A DNA stretch of 64,000 nt from Trichoplax adhaerens. Taxonomy: Eukaryota; Animalia; Placozoa. Location of the stretch: positions 4,917,454 through 4,981,453 of the forward strand of contig NW_002060946.1 in assembly GCF_000150275.1 (NCBI RefSeq), given 5' to 3'. A model generated the notes under the pieces. The model ran no database searches and was not told the DNA's origin. It worked only from the letters and a program-made list of their open reading frames with translations. Of this stretch, positions 57,475-64,000 are shown piece after piece. Made by a program: the position numbers and the translations under genes. Position 1 is the first letter of the stretch. Each line of letters begins with the position of its first letter.

Positions 57475-58754
57475 CAGACTCATTAATTAAGTTGTTGGAC
57501 GCTGGAAATTATTACGTAGTAGCCTGTATCGCTGGTATCAAGTAATAAATGATAGCGTCGTAAAAGTTTTAACAGTACTCTTCTTATCCTTAATGTACGT
57601 ATGATAGCGATTAGCTTTGAAGATATATTTGGTATCAACATTTTTAATCAACTTTATCGATCTTAATTTAAAATTTAGAATTCTAATAAACAACATGAAT
57701 TTTTCATTGCAAATGTTTATCGATATATATGCAATTGCAATATAAAAATTTTCTATTTTACGATGCAGTTGTGTATCATAAAGGATCATAATGATATAAC
57801 TGCATTACGGTTATCAAGTTACTCTGATTTTACATCTTCTTTGTCATATTGCAATGCCTTTCGGAGTTAGCTACGGTAAATTACCGACAGTGTAAATCAC
57901 GCTATATCATATGTCCATGATATTTATTGCTGTACTGTCTAATACCTTTGTAATATTTCATACCCTGTGATATGAAAATCAGCTAGATGTATCTACCTAG
58001 TTATTGCTGTGCCACTTTTTTAGGAAAACTTGTTTTATTTAGATTGCATCTGTATAATTAATATATTGGTTTATTAATACGGCGTAACCGTAACCACCCT
58101 GACGGTCTAACATGTGTGGATTGGGAAACCATTGTTGAACGCTCGTTGTAAAATAGAAACTGATAACTCTTAATTGAAAATGACTTTGCATTATCTTGAA
58201 TTATATAATCCGTTTGGTAATTAAAGGCCATGTACTACTGATTTGTGATACGCTAACACACTTAATTTTAAAATAGAATATTTATCGTTACAGTAAATTA
58301 AAGTCATCTTCAAATTAAGGCAAACTGTAATAAATACTTGTTATGAATATTATGAAATAGATATTATCAATAAACTGTAATTATTTACCGCCATTTTACG
58401 AGTATGTTAAATTTTTAATTAAGTTGAAGTTAGTAAGTTATATCGGTAAATTTGTAATCTAGTTAATGAATAGTATTGCGCTCTATCTGCGGCTACTTTA
58501 TTCGATTCACCTGATTAGATCTTTGTACATTTCTAAATAATACTATATTATTTTTTGTGGTATAAAAAAATTTTTAACCATATAACACAGTTGTAGTTGC
58601 TATAGTTTAGAATTACTTCATGTAAAGTACTGATCAGTAGGAAAGGAATTATTACGGTATTAGCAGACTTGGATATTCGATATGACAATGATCGCCCAAA
58701 TAATTTTAGTTATCACATTTACAAATGTGATCATTGTCATCAATATTTTAGCAG

Positions 58755-61700
58755 TTATAAGTTATCCAAAGACCATTCCGGTAGTTTGGCTTCGAACTCC
58801 CAGTCTGGTCCCTAAATTATGTTTAAGAATAGGGAGTATCATTTCCGGTTCTAGAAGGAATGGGCTATTTTGTATTACATTACTTACTTTATATTTTAAA
58901 GCATGTAACCATAAAACCATTTCTTCAGGTGTAGGATCTTTGTACGTTAATCGACATTCAACGCAGTCTTGATGGACATTATTCTCTAATGGGGATACCA
59001 TCGGGGATTGATTTACATCTTCACTAGCTTGAATTTTTTCGGTAGTAATGTGTGATTCGGATTTATTATCTTGATGCTGTCTAACTTGACTAATATTTTC
59101 GCAATTTTGTGACGAGGATGAAGAGTTATCTTTGTCCAATTCATCTACGCTATCCAAGTTCTTAATTTCATCCACTTGTTTTGGAATCACATTGTCGTGT
59201 CGGTGAAACTGTAGTAATGTCAGAACAATCTGAAATAGAGGTATCCATTGCGAATGACCAAGAGTGATCACGTTGATTTACTTTACACATATTCTGTTAG
59301 CATTATCAGATTATTTTATTAGCTGTGCCTTACGCTATCAACATCTTTATCTATATGGCCAGCTTTGCCTTTGTTAGGACCCCAGGCTTCATGGTTATAA
59401 ATTGGATCATTTACAATCGGGTAACCTAGCCATTGTAAATGTACACGGATTTGGTGCATTCGACCTGTAAGCGGAATACCTGTAATGAAAAATGTTAAAA
59501 GTGTTATACATATGTAGACTTTCAGAAGGTAAAGCGTACAACTATAAAAGATTGTTAACTAATATAACTTACACTTTACCAGACTGGTTTTACCATTGTA
59601 AGAAAGGCGTTGAAATATAGTTTGGCAGCTTTTACCTTTAGGACTTACACGACAAACTCCAAGTTTATGCGAAACTACATCAATCGGTTCTTTACAATCG
59701 ATAGTTTCTCTATGGATGGAATGAATAACTGCCTTTAATATGATTAACTGCAATTATGTTTTTAATTATACAGTACATATACTAGTATAAACGTACGTTG
59801 GAAATTCTCCGTCGACTCGACAAACATACTGTTTTTCAATCTGCCTATCACGAACTTGCTTTTCTAATTCTTGAGCTTTCTGAAGTGTTCTTTTAGTAAT
59901 TAATGTTTTCAATTAAGTTTTTATCGTATGTTAAACATTAATCTCTTGAAATTTTAATTGTTCTATAAATTACAAATTTACGACGAAATAGTGATACCTG
60001 GCGAATATTAATATTCCAGAAGTTAAACGGTCTAATCGATGAATGGCTGTATCCATGCAAATATGTCACACAAAGTAATAGGTTATCTTTAGTATTTAGC
60101 ATGTCATTAAGTTAAATATCTGCATTCCTAAATAATAATACTAACTATGTAAATTTTGTAATCCGTAATCTCTAGCAAGCATGAATACCACCGAGTTATG
60201 TCGATAACGTCCACAAGGATGTACCTAATGACAGAAAGTTAATATGATAATTTAAGATATAAATTATTAATCGTGCAATATATCATCAATTATGACATGT
60301 TTAGCAGTGGTATCACATCGTTATAGGATGTATGTAACCTAGACGAATTAGCTGCCTAATCTAGTAATATTGTTAATTGGTTACAATTTTGTTTAAGAGT
60401 GATTTAGTTACTACAGGTTAAGAATATAAAAACTAAGTAAAAAGATTTCTTTCGCAAAATTATGATATCTGGCATTGTTTCGTTTACCGGTATAGATGCT
60501 GGCTTGTTAATTACAACAATGTCATCGTCCATTTTTATAATTTGTATTGGATTTGCTGTAACCGGTGGTTCATGTCTGTAATAGACAATTAGGCTAAGTC
60601 ACTTAATGGAAAATAGGTACAATATATCTGAAGGTGCTGTTACATTTGAACTAAGTTCAATTTTTAAGATAGTTATAATAAAATTTATATTCTTTAGTAC
60701 TATTAAGAAGATAACGGGACGTTGTAAATTGGAAAAAGTTGATCTAAAATTTGACATGATTTTATTAATTATATATTTATTTAGTTCATAATTAATTGTT
60801 AACTCGAAGGTGATGAGTTATGATTATTCTTTACTATGATGTAGAGAATGTCTGGACTTACAATAAAATCAAGAGCCTATTATCGGATAGAGACTTAGAG
60901 ACACCGTTTTAATATTATTAAATTGCTTTTATAATTAAACTACAGATTTAAACGTTATAAGCTTTGAAATAAGATTTTAATTACCTATGGACCGTGTTAC
61001 GAATAACATCATTATCTCGGACTATTGTATTTGCTGAGGGAATCTTGTTGTTAACTGTCATTGGATTAAAAGTTTATAAATTGCAGTGACCGACTCACAT
61101 CTGAATAGATTATATACTTGTGTGAGATAAAAATGAGTTCCTTAGATTTTATTACTTATTCTTGGACGATACAATATAGCTAATAGCGCTTTCAAATAAT
61201 TGCTACATTTCTAATATATTTAAAGATCGTAAATTACCACCTCAACGAATAAATTTCTTAAGTAAGACACTATTTAGATTAATAGAAGCGAACTTAAGTA
61301 ATAAGGATAAGCACAATGTTTAAAATTCTATCATAAACTGACCTGTTATTTTCCCATTCTGTATTGCGTTTATCTAGGATTAGCGTGCAGGATAATATCC
61401 ATATCAGTCATTAAATCGATTATGATACAATATAAGAAGTGATAAAAATTATAATTGACTGTGTCATTATCATCACTCTATATAGTAAATCATCAGTCTA
61501 CTGTATACTATACATAGTATTCCACTGGGCTAGAGCTGAATTCATTTTTGAAAATGTCGATTAACTTCTTGCCAACCCATCGTCCCTTCGCGTGAGTTGT
61601 AAAAGTGAAATTGTAAGGTCTTATATGACGTAAACCTATAGTTAATGGATTATATTTGAGTATTTATTTAGTATTTAACAATATAATATACTGTACATAA

Positions 61701-62350
61701 ATCGCTTTAATTTTCACGCAATTGTGAAATGGTACAAAAATGATCAAATTGTTTCCATTCAAGCTACAGTATCATTTTATAATCTACTAAAAATAAAGGC
61801 TATTATAATGTGAACGTATACAATTTGATTGTATCAAATTTGGCAGATGCTTGCTGACATTATATTCTTTGGTACTGTAATTACTATCAGTGTCTTACCA
61901 TTTTCTATGTAATAATTGGTTTCTTGAAGGATTTCTTCCCCAAATCCCTTTTTCTTTTCTTTCGCAGCTGCTTTACGTTTTTTTCTGTCTTGCATTGGCT
62001 AAAAAATACGCAGATTAGAATAAATTACTACCATAATACTTAGTGATAGTTTAATTAATTGTAGGGTTATAGACTCGAGCTTAACCACTGTGTATGATGT
62101 TTATAAAAAAATTTTGAATAACATCGAATAGAAATAATATGATCAAATTGCCATATTACGATATCTTTCCATAATGAAAAGGTAGTGTATGAATATTGTG
62201 ATCTTACTAGAATCTCTTGCAATGATTGTTATATTCTAGGTCATGTACTTATTCGTTTCTAAACGAATACCATTAAAAGGATTGATTTTAGCTAGGAAAT
62301 ACCTGGCTTGTTTCTGGATCGATAGATCTTTTACACGTAGAATCAGCCAT
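58755..62350 (-). CDS. RPUSD2: RluA-family RNA pseudouridine synthase RPUSD2
   Basis: Spliced motifs [55 protein letters not shown], catalytic [70 protein letters not shown]; stop at 58755. An alternative start at 62602 is possible. Confidence 0.92.
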
Positions 62351-62706
62351 TTTAGCAGTAAATATACTGGTAGCTAAGTTTGCCCTGTTATTCGTAGTCA
62401 ATGCCAATGCAAGATTACGTAATGATAGATAGCCAACAGCCAGGGTTAGTAATGGTGATTGTGAATAAATTCTTGACGGGGGTATCCTTCCAAGCTCGGT
62501 TAGGCTACGATATCTGATTGAAAATTTTCTTTAGTAAAGTGTACAGAAGACAGAGTGGAAACTAACCGACAACTGGAAACATGTTTACATTCCAACAGCC
62601 ATATTCAATTCTACACAGCACATTTTATCAGATTGCCAGGTGCAACTTAATTAAATGGATTAGCTCCATGTTTATACATCATCGATAATGTCGATATTAT
62701 TTACAT

Positions 62707-63854
62707 GCTCTACGTAGCAGTTAGTCAGTTACAATATTCTTCATTTTTATGCAGTATATCTATCCGATTACAGTACAACTGATTGAATAGTTTGTAGTAT
62801 AGTTTATCTTTGCTGAGGTTAGTGTCGATGCTCTACGTTGCAGTTGGTCAGTTACAACATTCTTCATTTTTACGCAGTATATCTATCAGATTACAGTACA
62901 AGGCATAACTGATTGAATAGCTTGTAGTTTAGTTTTATCTTTGCTGAGGTTAGTGTTGATGCTCTACGTTGTAGTTAGTCAGTTGCAACATTCTTCATTT
63001 TTACGCAGTATATCTATCAGATTACAGTACAAGGCATAACTGATTGAATAGTTTGTAGTTTAGTTTTATCTTTGCTGAGGTTAGTGTCGTTGCTCTACGT
63101 TGTAGTTAGTCAGTTACAACATTCTTTATTTTTACGCAGTATATCTATCAGATTACAGTACACAGCACAACTGATTGAATAGTTTGTAGTATAGTTTATC
63201 TTTGCTGAGGTTAGTGTCGTTGCTCTACGTTGTAGTTAGTCAGTTACAACATTCTTTATTTTTACGCAGTATATCTATCAAATTACAGCACAACTGATTG
63301 AATAGTTTGTAGTATAGTTTATCTTTGCTGAGGTTAGTGTCGATGCTCTACGTTGCAGTTAGTCAGTTGCAACATTCTTCATTTTTACGCAGTATATCTA
63401 TCAAATTACAGCACAACTGATTGAATAGTTTGTAGTATAGTTTATCTTTGCTGAGGTTAGTGTCGATGCTCTACGTTGCAGTTGGTCAGTTACAACATTC
63501 TTCATTTTTACGCAGTATATCTATCAGATTACAGTACAAGGCATAACTGATTGAATAGTTTGTAGTATAGTTTATCTTTGCTGAAGTTAGTGTCGATGCT
63601 CTACGTTGCAGTTGGTCAGTTGCAACATTCTTCATTTTTACGCAGTATATCTATCAAATTACAGTACAGTACAACTGATTGAATAGTTTGTAGTATAGTT
63701 TATCTTTGCTGAGGTTAGTGCCGATGCTCTACGTTGTAGTTAATCAGTTACAACACTCTTCATTTTTAGTAGTTCATCTATTAGATTACGAGGCACAACT
63801 AATTTAAGTTCATAGTTTGTGGTTTAGTTTATTGAATCTTTTGCTGAGGTTAGT
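62707..63854. repeat. Tandem array of nine 123-131-bp units upstream of RPUSD2
   Basis: GCTCTACG starts at 62707, 62830, 62961, 63092, 63222, 63345, 63468, 63598 and 63726. Length variation falls mainly in an ACAGT/ACAAGGCAT segment. Confidence 0.95.
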
Positions 63855-64000
63855 ATACGCGTATATTAACGTCTACAGTTTTATATCGTACAGAAGTAGA
63901 ATATTTAATTTTATGCAATGCCAGTACAGCGGATTTCAATTTATTCACTTTTATATCTTACCTCGATTTGGCTTGAGATATTGCTGAAGTAAGAGCATTG

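Overview
AT-rich, intron-rich eukaryotic DNA with short GT-AG introns (mostly about 70-200 nt) and an animal gene set. It is most consistent with a compact early-branching metazoan such as a placozoan (Trichoplax-like); this is inferred, not proven. Eight spliced protein-coding genes can be assembled by hand: (1) a ~2,300-aa ankyrin (- strand; 24 ANK-ZU5-ZU5-UPA-death domain); (2) a five-repeat mini-ankyrin upstream that matches the ankyrin's first five ANK exons and is missed by the ORF track; (3) a DLG5-like MAGUK (-); (4) BLOC1S2 (+); (5) macroH2A (+); (6) an hnRNP D/AB-type two-RRM protein (-); (7) DNAJB12/14 (+); (8) RPUSD2 (-). The most unusual element is the ankyrin. A single 3,758-nt exon places nine copies of an unrecognised ~50-aa double-beta-hairpin repeat, a polybasic patch and polyproline motifs between ANK and ZU5, and its ZU5 lacks the spectrin-binding DAR motif. 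Non-coding highlights are TACAGT/ACTGTA arrays at putative promoters, recurrent palindromes with 6-nt spacers, promoter minisatellites, an AP-1 triplet, and a ~128-bp tandem array whose units carry splice-like signals. No prokaryotic elements, CRISPR arrays, tRNA or rRNA were found. Exon boundaries were read manually and may be off by a few bases.
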